DNA of 64,000 bases. Origin: Alphaproteobacteria bacterium (lineage in GTDB: Bacteria > Pseudomonadota > Alphaproteobacteria > SHVV01). Shown here in pieces: positions 39,678 to 49,455 of the stretch. Both the position numbers and the translations under genes were made by a program. Position 1 is the first letter of the stretch. Every line of letters begins with the position of its first letter. The stretch lies in the NCBI GenBank assembly GCA_965261735.1, contig OZ253470.1:1120001-1184000 (forward strand), written 5' to 3'. The notes beneath the pieces were generated by a model. The model ran no database searches and was not told where the DNA came from. It saw only the letters and a list, made by a program, of their open reading frames with translations.

Positions 39678-39926
39678 CTACGAGCGCCGGGCGTCGACCT
39701 TCAGCGCCTGGATAGTCTCCTCGCCGAGCGCGCGCAGCGCCTCGAGCCGATGGAGCCCGGTGACGAGGACGTAGCGCCCCTTGTCCGGGCGCACCTGAAT
39801 CGGCGTCTCCTGGCCCTTGTCGAGGATACTCTCCGCGAGCGCCTCGACCTTGCCGGCGTCCAGCGTCTTGCGCAGCTTCACCGGCACATAGATGTCATCG
39901 ATCTTCAGGGCATGCGTTTCGAGCAT
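39678..39926 (-). CDS. Stand-alone ParB N-terminal (ParB/sulfiredoxin-like) protein
   Basis: LAESI...GQ.TPI.V...YVLVTGLHRLEA; GAGGA RBS. Confidence 0.82.
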   Translation of the reverse strand: MLETHALKIDDIYVPVKLRKTLDAGKVEALAESILDKGQETPIQVRPDKGRYVLVTGLHRLEALRALGEETIQALKVDARRS

Positions 39927-39987
39927 AATGTCCTCACCCAGGGGGCCATGGTAACGTGCCGGCGGCGCAAAACGGGAGGGAAATACG

Positions 39988-41049
39988 ATGGCGGAGCGGG
40001 ACTGGCGGTTGAGCGTCATGGTGGCGCACGGCTCGGTGCGCCGCGCGGTCGAGATGTGGAAGGCGTGCGAGGACGCGGGCATGTACCTCGTCGGCGCGGC
40101 CGACTCGCAGAACCTCATGCGCGAGGTTTATGTCTCGCTCGCGGCCTGCGCGCTCTCGGTCGAGCGGGCCAGGATCATGACATACGCCACCAACCCCGTG
40201 ACGCGTCATCCCTCGGTCGCAGCGTCCGCCTTCGTAGCCCTCAACGAGCTCGCGCCGGGGCGCATGATGATGGGTATCGGAACCGGCGATTCGGCGCTGT
40301 GGTCGATGGGCCGTACGCCCGCCACGGTGGAGCAGACGCGCAACTACATCCTCGCCGTGAAGGGGCTGACCAAGGGCGAGGAGGTCTTCTGGGACGGCCA
40401 CCTGGTCGAAACCGCGTGGAGCTATTACGAGCCCTTCGACCTGCCGGTCTACGTCATGTGCTCGGGGCCGAAGATCCTGCGCATGGCGGCCGAGGTCGCC
40501 GATGGCGCGGTCATCCACATGGGCTTCGCGCCCGAGGACATCGCCTACGCGCGCGATATCGTCGCGCAAGGCCGGCGGGCCGCGGGCAAGGATCCCGACA
40601 CGTTCGACATCTGGTGGAACGCCCACATCGTTTTCGACGAGTCGGCCGAGGCGGCCGCCGCCCGCAGTCTCGGCTGGTCGCCGAGCTGGCTCACCATGGG
40701 CACGCTCGATGGCAAGGGCATCCCCGACGAGTACAAGGCAAAGCTCCAGGAGCTCAATGCCGATACCCACAGCCTGCGCGCCGTCTACCGCAGCGGAAAA
40801 CGCGAGGACACGCTCGTCGAGCGGGCCAAGGAGCTCGGCGTCTATGACTGGCTGATCTCGCGATCGCCGCGCCTGTTCGGTACCACCGACGAGGTCGTCG
40901 AGCGCCTGAACGAGCTCGGCCGCACGCTCGACATGACGCAATGGATCTTCTTCGCGTGGCTGCGGGGCGAGCGCACCGGCGGCGACGACGAGGAGCGCTT
41001 CGAGCTGATCCGCCGCATCGGCCAAGACATTCTGCCCCGGCTCGTATAG
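39988..41049 (+). CDS. LLM-class flavin-dependent oxidoreductase
   Basis: ADSQ, TNPVTRHPSV, GIGTGDS, GPKILRMAAEVADG. Confidence 0.92.
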   Translation: MAERDWRLSVMVAHGSVRRAVEMWKACEDAGMYLVGAADSQNLMREVYVSLAACALSVERARIMTYATNPVTRHPSVAASAFVALNELAPGRMMMGIGTGDSALWSMGRTPATVEQTRNYILAVKGLTKGEEVFWDGHLVETAWSYYEPFDLPVYVMCSGPKILRMAAEVADGAVIHMGFAPEDIAYARDIVAQGRRAAGKDPDTFDIWWNAHIVFDESAEAAAARSLGWSPSWLTMGTLDGKGIPDEYKAKLQELNADTHSLRAVYRSGKREDTLVERAKELGVYDWLISRSPRLFGTTDEVVERLNELGRTLDMTQWIFFAWLRGERTGGDDEERFELIRRIGQDILPRLV

Positions 41050-41148
41050 CGGCGCGACCGGCGGGTGGCGCGGGCTGGACCGCCTGCGGGGCTACTGCTA
41101 ACCTCGCGGCGACGGCGGGGTGGTAATACGCGAACATGGGATGAGACG

Positions 41149-42243
41149 ATGGATATGAACTTCGCGCGGGTCATTTCGGGCGACTCCCACGTCATGGAAC
41201 CGGCCGATCTGTGGGAAAAGACGATCGGCAACAGGTTTGGCGAGCTTACGCCGCGGGTGTTCAACGAGTACAAGGGCCGCAAGGGGCGGTTCTTCTGGAC
41301 CGGCAAGCAGGTGCGCAAGTTCGCCGCCATCGAGGCCGAGCAGGACGAGCTCGGATTCAAGGAGGCCGGCTACATCCCCGAGAAGAGGGTGTCCTTCCAG
41401 GAGCAGGCCGGCATCGAGTCCGAGGTCCTCTACACCACGCATATGCTACTGCAATACCCGAGCCCGCATGCGGAGGTGCTGCGCGCCTCGGCCGAGGTCT
41501 TCAACGACTGGTTGGCCGAGTTCTGCTCGCATTCGCCGCGCCGACTGATCGGCATCGCGGTCATCCCGATGCACGACGTCGCGTGGGCCACGGGCGAGCT
41601 CGAGCGGGTCGCGGCCAAGGGCCACAAGGGCGTCATGATCAACCTCGGCGCGCCCGCGGACTGCCCGCCCTATCGCAAGAGCGTTTACGATCCCTTCTGG
41701 GCGCGCGCCGAGGAGATGGGGATACCGGTCACCCTGCACGCGGCCACGGGCCAGAACCCGGATCCGCTCCATTTCGAGAGCCCGGAAGAGCTCGAGCAGA
41801 TTGCGAGCGCGATGATCAACGTGTTCGTCGAGATCATGCCGACGCTCTCCGATGATTTCATCTTCGGCGGCATCCTCGATCGCTTTCCCAAACTGAAGCT
41901 CATCTGCGGCGAGTTCGACCTCGGTTGGATCCCCTACTTCACGTGGCGCATCGACAGCATGCAGAAGAGCATGGGCCCCTACGTATCGATGCCCAAGATC
42001 GAGATGCGCGCTAGCGACTACATGCGCACCCGTATCTGGCATGGCGTCATCAACGACCCCGAGGCCAGTCACGTCATTCCCCAGATCGGCACGAGCCGGG
42101 TGCTGTGGGGCTCGGATTTCCCGCATATCCGCTCGATCGGACTGGAAACCCAGGGCCACGTTGCCGACCTCCTGGGGAGCCTGCCGCGCGACGATCAAGA
42201 GAAAGTGGTCGCCGGCAACACGGCCGAGCTTTACGGCTTATAG
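41149..42243 (+). CDS. Amidohydrolase family 2 protein
   Basis: ISGDSHVMEP, FNDWLAEFC, LH, WGSDFPH. Confidence 0.92.
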   Translation: MDMNFARVISGDSHVMEPADLWEKTIGNRFGELTPRVFNEYKGRKGRFFWTGKQVRKFAAIEAEQDELGFKEAGYIPEKRVSFQEQAGIESEVLYTTHMLLQYPSPHAEVLRASAEVFNDWLAEFCSHSPRRLIGIAVIPMHDVAWATGELERVAAKGHKGVMINLGAPADCPPYRKSVYDPFWARAEEMGIPVTLHAATGQNPDPLHFESPEELEQIASAMINVFVEIMPTLSDDFIFGGILDRFPKLKLICGEFDLGWIPYFTWRIDSMQKSMGPYVSMPKIEMRASDYMRTRIWHGVINDPEASHVIPQIGTSRVLWGSDFPHIRSIGLETQGHVADLLGSLPRDDQEKVVAGNTAELYGL

Positions 42244-42309
42244 ACCAGCAACAATGGCCATACGGCGCGCCCGGCGTGGCGCGACCGCACGGGCCGAGGG
42301 AGAAAATCC

Positions 42310-43137
42310 ATGCGCGTCGCCTTTACCGAAGTCGGCGGGGTCCGCACCCGCTATTACTACGAGGGTTCGGGGCCCGTCCTGGTGCTGCTGCACGGGCTCG
42401 GCATCGGCGCCGACTCCTGGTGCCGCAACATAGACGCGCTGGCCGAGCACTACACGGTTTACGCGCCCGACATGATAGGCCACGGTTTCACCGGTTTTGA
42501 GGACCTCAAGGGCGGCGCCGCCCATCCCAAGGTGATGGAGCATGTGCTCGGCCTGCTCGACCAGCTCGGCGTCGATACCTTCAGCATCTGCGGTCATTCC
42601 TACGGCGCCACCATCGCGACGCTCATCTATTTCGAGCGCCCCGACAAGGTCGAGAAGTTGATCCTCAACGGCTCGCACCGCGTCTTCCAGGCACCCGACC
42701 GCACCGTCGAGGGGTTCCAGAACTCCTACGCCAATGCGACCTCCGCGCTCAAGGATCCGACGTACGAGTCCTGCCGCCAGCGCATGGCCAACGTCTGCTA
42801 CTCCGCCGACAACATCCCCGACGAAATCCTGATCCTACAGCTCACCGGCTACGCCCAGCCCTACATCCTGCCAGCCTACGAGCAGATCGCGCGGGCCAAC
42901 ATGAACCTCGAGCTGTCGCGCCCTTATCGGTGCAGCGACCGAATCCACGAGGTGACGATCCCGGTGCTCGTGATCTCGGGGCGCGAGGACGTGCGGGTAC
43001 CACTAGACGAGCTCGTGGAGGGCGCGAAGATGTTGCCCAACTACGAGCTCGCGATATTCGACCATTGCGGGCACATGATCCAGGCCGAGCACGCGGAGAA
43101 ATTCAACGAGAAGATGATCGAGTTCCTCGGCCGCTAG
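42310..43137 (+). CDS. Alpha/beta hydrolase (paralog of 16497)
   Basis: LLHG, PDMIGHG, GHSYG, CGHM...E. Confidence 0.9.
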   Translation: MRVAFTEVGGVRTRYYYEGSGPVLVLLHGLGIGADSWCRNIDALAEHYTVYAPDMIGHGFTGFEDLKGGAAHPKVMEHVLGLLDQLGVDTFSICGHSYGATIATLIYFERPDKVEKLILNGSHRVFQAPDRTVEGFQNSYANATSALKDPTYESCRQRMANVCYSADNIPDEILILQLTGYAQPYILPAYEQIARANMNLELSRPYRCSDRIHEVTIPVLVISGREDVRVPLDELVEGAKMLPNYELAIFDHCGHMIQAEHAEKFNEKMIEFLGR

Positions 43138-43163
43138 CCGGCTGGTCGCACCGGAGCCCGCCC

Positions 43164-43862
43164 ATGACAACGGATGCCCGAGCGCAAGGGACGAGCTTCC
43201 TGTCCCTCGCGGCCTCCGACCGCACCCCGCTGCGCGCCTTGGAGACGGCCGCCGTCGTTGGCTCGATCCTGGTCGCCATCAACCAGGGCGAGGCGATACT
43301 CGCCGGGGAGGGCGTCGACGTCCTCAAGATGGGCCTCACCTACCTGGTGCCCTTCTTCGTGGCGACCATCAGCGCCGCCTCGAGCAAGCGCGTCTACTTC
43401 GTGGCGACCATCAGCGCCGCCTCGAGCAAGCGCGTCTACGCCGGGCTCCTGCAAAAGACGCGGGATGCGGAGCGCGTGGTATACCAGCTCATCGACGCCC
43501 TGCCGGTGCGAATCTCGATCGTCGATAGGGACCAGCGCTATCTGCTCAACAACAAGAACTACGAGCAGCGGTTTGGTCTATCGCCCGAGGCCCTGCGCGG
43601 CCGCACGATCAAGGACGTGCTCGGTGACGCCCACTACGGCTTGATTCGCGGCCACATTGACGAGGCCCTGACCGGCAAGACCGTGACCTATGAGCAAGCG
43701 GTGCACCGCGACGAGGACGGCCGGGCGCGCGACGAGCTCACGACCCTCGTGCCCAAGCTGGGCGGCAGCGGCGACGTCGAGGGGCTGTACGTCGTCGTCA
43801 CCGAAATAACCAAGGCCAAGAAACGAGATGCGGCCCGCCCCGGGCGCACGCCCGAAGGGTGA
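43164..43862 (+). CDS. NrtS-like membrane domain fused to a PAS domain
   Basis: A.VVGSIL..INQG...LTYLVPFFV (NrtS-like), then LIDALP..ISIVD...Y...N...G (PAS_4-like). Confidence 0.72.
   Translation: MTTDARAQGTSFLSLAASDRTPLRALETAAVVGSILVAINQGEAILAGEGVDVLKMGLTYLVPFFVATISAASSKRVYFVATISAASSKRVYAGLLQKTRDAERVVYQLIDALPVRISIVDRDQRYLLNNKNYEQRFGLSPEALRGRTIKDVLGDAHYGLIRGHIDEALTGKTVTYEQAVHRDEDGRARDELTTLVPKLGGSGDVEGLYVVVTEITKAKKRDAARPGRTPEG
43355..43439 (+). repeat. 42-bp in-frame tandem duplication
   Basis: FVATISAASSKRVY is encoded twice by identical DNA. Confidence 0.95.
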
Positions 43863-43894
43863 ACCAAGGGCACGGAGTCGGGACAGGGTAGCGC

Positions 43895-45970
43895 ATGGCC
43901 TATCGTATCGCGGTCGACACGGGCGGCACCTTCACCGACGTCGTGGTCGCCGACGAGGCTGGGCGGCACACGCTCGGCAAAGCGCCGACGACTCCGGAAC
44001 GGATTTTCGAGGGCATGCGCGGCGCCCTCGAGGTCGCCGCCGGCGAGCTCGGCATCGACCTCGGCACTCTGCTTGGCGACGCCCACCTGCTGGTGTACGG
44101 AACCACGCGGGCCACCAACGCCATCGTCGAGGGACGCGTCGCCAAGACCGCGATGCTGCTGACCGAGGGCTTCCCCGACATTCTGGTGCTCAAAGAGGGG
44201 GGCAAGGCGAACGCCCACGATTTCAGCCTCGAATTCCCCGATCCCTACATCCCGCAGCACCATACCTTCGAGATCGCCGGGCGCATCGACGCCGAGGGCG
44301 GCGTGGTGCGGCCGCTCGACGCCGCCGCCACTCGTGCGGTGATCGAGCAGGTGGCTCGTGGCCAATTCGAGGCGATCGCCGTCTGTCTGTTGTGGTCGAT
44401 CGTCAATCCGGACCACGAGCTCGCGGTCGCGGCGCTGATCGACGAGATCCTGCCTGGCGTCCCCTATACGCTATCGCACCGGCTGTTGCCGATCATCCGC
44501 GAGTATCGGCGCGCCTCCGCCACTGCCATCGATGCGTCGCTCAAGCCCCTCATCCAGGAGCATTTGCGGCATATGGAGCAGGACTTGCGCGACGCGGGCT
44601 ATGACGGCGAGATCCTGGTCAGTACCTCGGTTGGCGGCTGCATGAACGTGGCCGAGATCGCGGAGCGGCCGATCCACACGGTCAAGTCGGGGCCGTCGAT
44701 GGCGCCCATCGCCGGCGTGACTTACGCCGCCATCGAGGATTTCGGCGACAACGTCATCATCTGCGATACCGGCGGCACCACGTTCGACGTCGGCCTCGTG
44801 CGCGACGGCGAGCCCAAATTCACCCGCGAGACGTGGATCGGCGGCCAGTGGAGCGGGCACATCCTGGCGATCTCGTCGGTGGACGTGCGCAGCATCGGCG
44901 CGGGCGGCGGTTCGATCGCGTGGATCGATCCCGGCGGCCTGTTGCGCGTCGGCCCGCACAGCGCGGGCGCCGTCCCGGGTCCCGCCTGCTACGGTACCGG
45001 CGGCGATGCGCCGACAGTGACGGATGCGGCCGTCGTGCTCGGCTACATCGACCCGGCCCACTTCCTCGGCGGCCGCATGAGGCTCGACGAGGGAGCGGCG
45101 CGCCGCGTCGTCGACCGGTTGGCGGACGAGATAGGCTTGTCGCGCGAGGACGCGGCCCATGCCGTCATCAGCCTCGCCAACGAGCTCATGATCAAGGCCA
45201 TCCAGGACATCACGGTCAGCGAGGGGTTCGATCCGCGCGAGAGCGCGCTGGTCGCGGGCGGCGGCGCGGCCGGCCTGAACATCATGCCGATCGCGCGCGA
45301 GCTCGGCTGCACCCGGGTGATCCTGCCCCACACGGCGAGCGCGCTCAGCGCCTGCGGCATGCAGTTCTCCGATATCGTGGCCGAGCACAGTGCGAGCAAG
45401 GTGACGCGCTCCGGCGACTTCGACTTCGAAGGCGTTAGCGCCGCCCTGGCCGTGATCGACGACGAGCTCGAACGCTTCGTCGCGAGCCTGGGCGAGCGCG
45501 CGGCTGCGGGCGCGCGCATCGACTACTACCTGGAGGCCCGGTACCTCTACCAGGTGTGGGAGCTCGACGTGCCGCTGCCGCAGCGCCACTTCCGCACGGC
45601 GGACGACGTCGCGGCGCTGGTCGAAGCCTTCCACAGCGTGCACGAGCGACTGTTCGCGGTCCGCGACGACGCGAGCCAGGTCGAATGCCTCAACTGGAAG
45701 GGCCGCGTTCGCATCGACCTGGCGAGCCCGATCGAGCCGTCCACGGCCGTGGCCGAGTGCAACGCCGGGGCGCCAGCCCGCCACCGCGAGGCCTATTTCG
45801 GCGGCGGCAATACGGTCGAGGTCCCGGTCCACGACGGCCCGGCGCTGCCGCGCGGCGCCCGCGTCGCCGGGCCCGCGATCATCGAAGAACCGACGACGAC
45901 GCTGGTGGTCTATCCGGGAATGGCAGCGCGCATGAGCGGCGCCGGCCATTTCATTCTCGAGGTCGCCTAA
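43895..45970 (+). CDS. Hydantoinase/oxoprolinase subunit A
   Basis: DTGGTFTD, GTTRATNA, SGP, DTGGTTFD, IGAGGGSIA, PGPACYG. Confidence 0.95.
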   Translation: MAYRIAVDTGGTFTDVVVADEAGRHTLGKAPTTPERIFEGMRGALEVAAGELGIDLGTLLGDAHLLVYGTTRATNAIVEGRVAKTAMLLTEGFPDILVLKEGGKANAHDFSLEFPDPYIPQHHTFEIAGRIDAEGGVVRPLDAAATRAVIEQVARGQFEAIAVCLLWSIVNPDHELAVAALIDEILPGVPYTLSHRLLPIIREYRRASATAIDASLKPLIQEHLRHMEQDLRDAGYDGEILVSTSVGGCMNVAEIAERPIHTVKSGPSMAPIAGVTYAAIEDFGDNVIICDTGGTTFDVGLVRDGEPKFTRETWIGGQWSGHILAISSVDVRSIGAGGGSIAWIDPGGLLRVGPHSAGAVPGPACYGTGGDAPTVTDAAVVLGYIDPAHFLGGRMRLDEGAARRVVDRLADEIGLSREDAAHAVISLANELMIKAIQDITVSEGFDPRESALVAGGGAAGLNIMPIARELGCTRVILPHTASALSACGMQFSDIVAEHSASKVTRSGDFDFEGVSAALAVIDDELERFVASLGERAAAGARIDYYLEARYLYQVWELDVPLPQRHFRTADDVAALVEAFHSVHERLFAVRDDASQVECLNWKGRVRIDLASPIEPSTAVAECNAGAPARHREAYFGGGNTVEVPVHDGPALPRGARVAGPAIIEEPTTTLVVYPGMAARMSGAGHFILEVA

Positions 45971-46003
45971 GCCCGCCGGCGCAAACGACGAAGGTCCAAT
46001 GCC

Positions 46004-47794
46004 ATGACGAGCACGCAAAGCCCGGTGGAACTCGATCCCGTCACCATCTCGGTGCTGGCCAACCGGTTCGACGCCATCGTGCGCGAGATGTCGAACACGC
46101 TGCTGCGCTCGGCGCGCTCGGGCGTGATCGCCGGCGCGCGCGACTTCTCGTGCACCATCGTGACCGCCGACAACCGGCTGCTCACGGCCGACCAGGGCAT
46201 TCCCGTGCACATCTTCGGCTCGCACCTGCAGACGGCCGCGATGTGCGAGCTCCACGACGATCTCGCCGAGGGCGACGCCTTTCTCCACAACGATCCCTAT
46301 TTGGGCAATACCCACGCCGCCGATCACACCATCCTGATACCGGTGTTCATCGACGGCGTGCACCTCTTCACGACCTGCGCCAAGTCGCACCAGGCCGACA
46401 CCGGCAATGCCGTGCCGACCACGTACGATGCGTGGGCCAAGGACGTCTACGCCGAGGGTGCGCTCATCTTCCCGTGCGTGCGCGTGCAGCGCGATTACGT
46501 GATGAACGAGGACATCGTGCGCATGTGCCGCGCCCGCATCCGGGTGCCCGACCAATGGTACGGCGACTTTCTCGCCACCGTCGGCGCCGGCCGCACCGGC
46601 GAGCGGCGCCTCAAGGACCTGTGTGCCAAGTACGGCAGCGAAACGATCACCGCCTTCATCGAGACCTGGTTCGACTACTCCGAGCGCCGCATCGCGCAGG
46701 CCATCAAGAAGCTGCCCAAGGCGAGCACGGTCGCCGAGGGCGCGCACGATCCGTTCGAGCCGATTCTGCCCGACGGCATCCCGGTCCGGGTCAAGCTCAA
46801 GATCGACCCCGACGAGGGTATGATCGAGGTCGACCTGAGGGACAACCCCGACAACTACGACTGCGGCCTCAACCAGTCCGAGGCCTGCGCCATCAACAAC
46901 GTGGTCACCGGCGTCTTCAACTGCGTCGATTCCGACATTCCGCACAACGCGGGCTCGTTCCGGCGCATCCGGGTGCTGCTGCGCGATGGCTGCGTCGTCG
47001 GCAGGCCGGCGTTCCCACACAGCTGTTCGATGGCGACCACCAACCTCGCCGACCGGCTCATCAGCCTGACCCAGACCGCCTTTGCCAAGCTCGGCGACGG
47101 CTTCGGCCTCGCGCAGGGCGGCGCGTGCATGAGCGCCGTCATCTCCGGGCCCGACTTTCGCCGTGGCGGCGAGCCCTTCATCAACCAGCTCGGCGTCAAC
47201 GTGAACGGCGGGCCGGCGGGGCCGATCACGGATGGGTGGGTCACCTTCGGTATCCCGCCCGCGGGCGGGCTCGTCTACCGCGACAGCCTCGAGCTCGACG
47301 AGGTCAAGCACCCGATCCTGTTCGAGCGTCAGCGCCTCCATCCGTGCACCGGCGGCGCCGGTCGCCGGCGCGGCGCGCTCGGCGGCGAGGTCATTTATGG
47401 ATCGCGCAAGGACCCCCTGACGCTGGTCATTCCGTCGGACGGCCATCACAACCCGGCCCAAGGCGCACAGGGCGGGCGCGCCGGTTCGCCCGCCTCGCAC
47501 TACAGGATCAGCGCCAATGGCCACGAGGAAAAGCTGCCCAACGTGGTGAAGTTCGTGCTCAACCCGGGCGAGAAGGTGCGCTTTCTCAACAGCGGCGGCG
47601 GCGGCTATGGCAATCCGTTGGAGCGCGAGCCCGAGCGCGTGCTCAATGACGTGCGCCGCGGCTGGGAAACGTTCGACAGCGCGCGCGAGGTCTATGGCGT
47701 GGTTATTGCCGGCCGAGCCGACGACGACACCCTCGCCATCGACGAACCCGCCACCGCAACCCAGCGCACCGCCCTGAGCGCCGCGGCGGAGTAG
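46004..47794 (+). CDS. Hydantoinase B/oxoprolinase subunit
   Basis: RDFSC, HNDPY.GNTHAAD, HQAD.G, GGGGYG.P. Confidence 0.95.
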   Translation: MTSTQSPVELDPVTISVLANRFDAIVREMSNTLLRSARSGVIAGARDFSCTIVTADNRLLTADQGIPVHIFGSHLQTAAMCELHDDLAEGDAFLHNDPYLGNTHAADHTILIPVFIDGVHLFTTCAKSHQADTGNAVPTTYDAWAKDVYAEGALIFPCVRVQRDYVMNEDIVRMCRARIRVPDQWYGDFLATVGAGRTGERRLKDLCAKYGSETITAFIETWFDYSERRIAQAIKKLPKASTVAEGAHDPFEPILPDGIPVRVKLKIDPDEGMIEVDLRDNPDNYDCGLNQSEACAINNVVTGVFNCVDSDIPHNAGSFRRIRVLLRDGCVVGRPAFPHSCSMATTNLADRLISLTQTAFAKLGDGFGLAQGGACMSAVISGPDFRRGGEPFINQLGVNVNGGPAGPITDGWVTFGIPPAGGLVYRDSLELDEVKHPILFERQRLHPCTGGAGRRRGALGGEVIYGSRKDPLTLVIPSDGHHNPAQGAQGGRAGSPASHYRISANGHEEKLPNVVKFVLNPGEKVRFLNSGGGGYGNPLEREPERVLNDVRRGWETFDSAREVYGVVIAGRADDDTLAIDEPATATQRTALSAAAE

Positions 47795-47858
47795 CTACGC
47801 CGCCGCCTCTGGTGCGGGTCGGACAGCCTCACCCTGCGACAGTCTCACTCAAGGCATG

Positions 47859-47894
47859 AGGCGAGCGCTGCTCAGGCGAGCGGTGCTCAGGCGA
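47859..47894. repeat. 15-bp tandem repeat x2.4 at a convergent gene end
   Basis: aggcgagcg(c/g)tgctc x2 plus aggcga. Confidence 0.8.
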
Positions 47895-49368
47895 CCGGCG
47901 CCGCGGGCCGCGAGGCGGCGACTGCGTCCTCGATCACGGTTCCCTTGAAGAAGTCGGGGTTCATGCCGGTGTGCAGGTCGACCGGGTGGATGAAGGTGAA
48001 ATCGCGCAGGTCCGCCTCGCTCAGCAGGCCGTTCTCGACGAGCTCGTAGGCCTCGCACAGGACCTGGCTCGCGTCGGGCACGTCCCAGTGGCCGATGTCG
48101 GAGCTCATGAGCGCCTTGAGGTGGACGCCGAAGCGGTTGAGGCGGGCGTCGAAGGCGACCGCCGTCATCGGGTCGTCGGCCTCGCAGCCAAAGTAGAAGT
48201 TGGGGACGAAGAGGTCGCGGATGTCCTCCGGAACCTCGATCCTACACGCCGCCCACTCGTCGAGGTCGCGCGCCTCCTGCGGCTTGTCGGGATCGAGCGC
48301 GACGGGGTCACGGGCGGCGATGTCGGCGATCTTCGCCTTGACCCGATCATCGGCGTAGCGGCCGATGAGATCGGCGAATTGTGCGGCATCGATCCGCGCC
48401 GGATCGAGGTTCTTCACGAGAGCGCGCTCGTTGCGCTTCTCCCAGTGGCCGATGAGATCGTTGTACAGCGTCGAGGCCCAGGCCACACCGCACTCGAGGA
48501 AGGCGAACTTGAGCGTCGGGAAGCGCCGCGTCACGCCGCCCATGAACAAAGCCTTGCAGAAGAGCTCGCTGCTGGCGGCAAAATGGCCGATGTGGTTGTA
48601 CATGTAGTTCGAGATCGAGGCCCGGTTGACCCAGCCCTGGCTGCCGGCGTGGTCGGTGACCGCGACCTTGAGGTCGACGCAGCGCTGCCACACCGGGTCG
48701 TAGTCGTAGGCGCTGTCGAGGGCGAGCGGATCGAGCCAGTAACCGAGGTCGGCGCTCGATAGCTGCGGTGCGCGGGCCGCCGCATCGGGAATCGGCCTGC
48801 GGATCGAGCCCGACATCATGGTCGTCTTGAGGCCGAGCTCGCCGACCGCGAAGTCGAGTTCCGCGAGCGCCTCGGCCGGGGTGTACGTGGGGATGATCGC
48901 CGGCACCGCGAGCCGGTCGGCGTGGGCGCCGAAGAGATCGGCATTCATGATGTTCGCGGCGCGGCAGGTGGCGCGGCGCATCTCCTCGTCGTCGAGCGCC
49001 GGAAACACGAGGCCGTCGGTGGGATAGAGCAGCGCGAAATCGATGCCGAAAGCATCCATGCGCTCGCGCAGCAGTGCCGGCATCATTGCGGTCGCGCGGT
49101 CGAGCGTATCGGCGGTGATGATCCAGAAGGCCGGCCGCGAGACCCGCCCGCCGTGGCGCTCCTCCGGCGACAGGTCGTACCAGGTGAAGAAAGCGCCATC
49201 CATCGCCTCCTCGTAGCGCTGCGCGACGCCCGGGCCGGCCACGTCCTTGAGGTAGTCGAGGAAGACCGGTCCCGCCTCGACCAGGTGGCCATCGCCATCG
49301 ATGACCGGGTGATCAAGCCGCGCGCGAATCGCCGCCGCGTCGCGCTCGTGGGCGTGCGCCATCGCCAT
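47887..49368 (-). CDS. Amidohydrolase family 2 protein
   Basis: VIDGDGHLVE, YMYNHIGHFA, FLECG, GCEADD, SSDIGHWD. Confidence 0.9.
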   Translation of the reverse strand: MAMAHAHERDAAAIRARLDHPVIDGDGHLVEAGPVFLDYLKDVAGPGVAQRYEEAMDGAFFTWYDLSPEERHGGRVSRPAFWIITADTLDRATAMMPALLRERMDAFGIDFALLYPTDGLVFPALDDEEMRRATCRAANIMNADLFGAHADRLAVPAIIPTYTPAEALAELDFAVGELGLKTTMMSGSIRRPIPDAAARAPQLSSADLGYWLDPLALDSAYDYDPVWQRCVDLKVAVTDHAGSQGWVNRASISNYMYNHIGHFAASSELFCKALFMGGVTRRFPTLKFAFLECGVAWASTLYNDLIGHWEKRNERALVKNLDPARIDAAQFADLIGRYADDRVKAKIADIAARDPVALDPDKPQEARDLDEWAACRIEVPEDIRDLFVPNFYFGCEADDPMTAVAFDARLNRFGVHLKALMSSDIGHWDVPDASQVLCEAYELVENGLLSEADLRDFTFIHPVDLHTGMNPDFFKGTVIEDAVAASRPAAPVA

Positions 49369-49455
49369 CGCGGTATCCCTTCCTCGTTGAGCTTCAGCTG
49401 GGCGGACAGGGTAGGCCCCGCGGGCCCCCATCGGCAAGCGGCCGCGCCGGGCCCC

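Noticed and set aside
44471-47524. 1017-aa minus-strand ORF (and similar long shadow ORFs such as 14362-16425 and 25175-26518)
   Set aside because: These are antisense shadows of well-supported genes, expected in high-GC DNA, and have no motifs.
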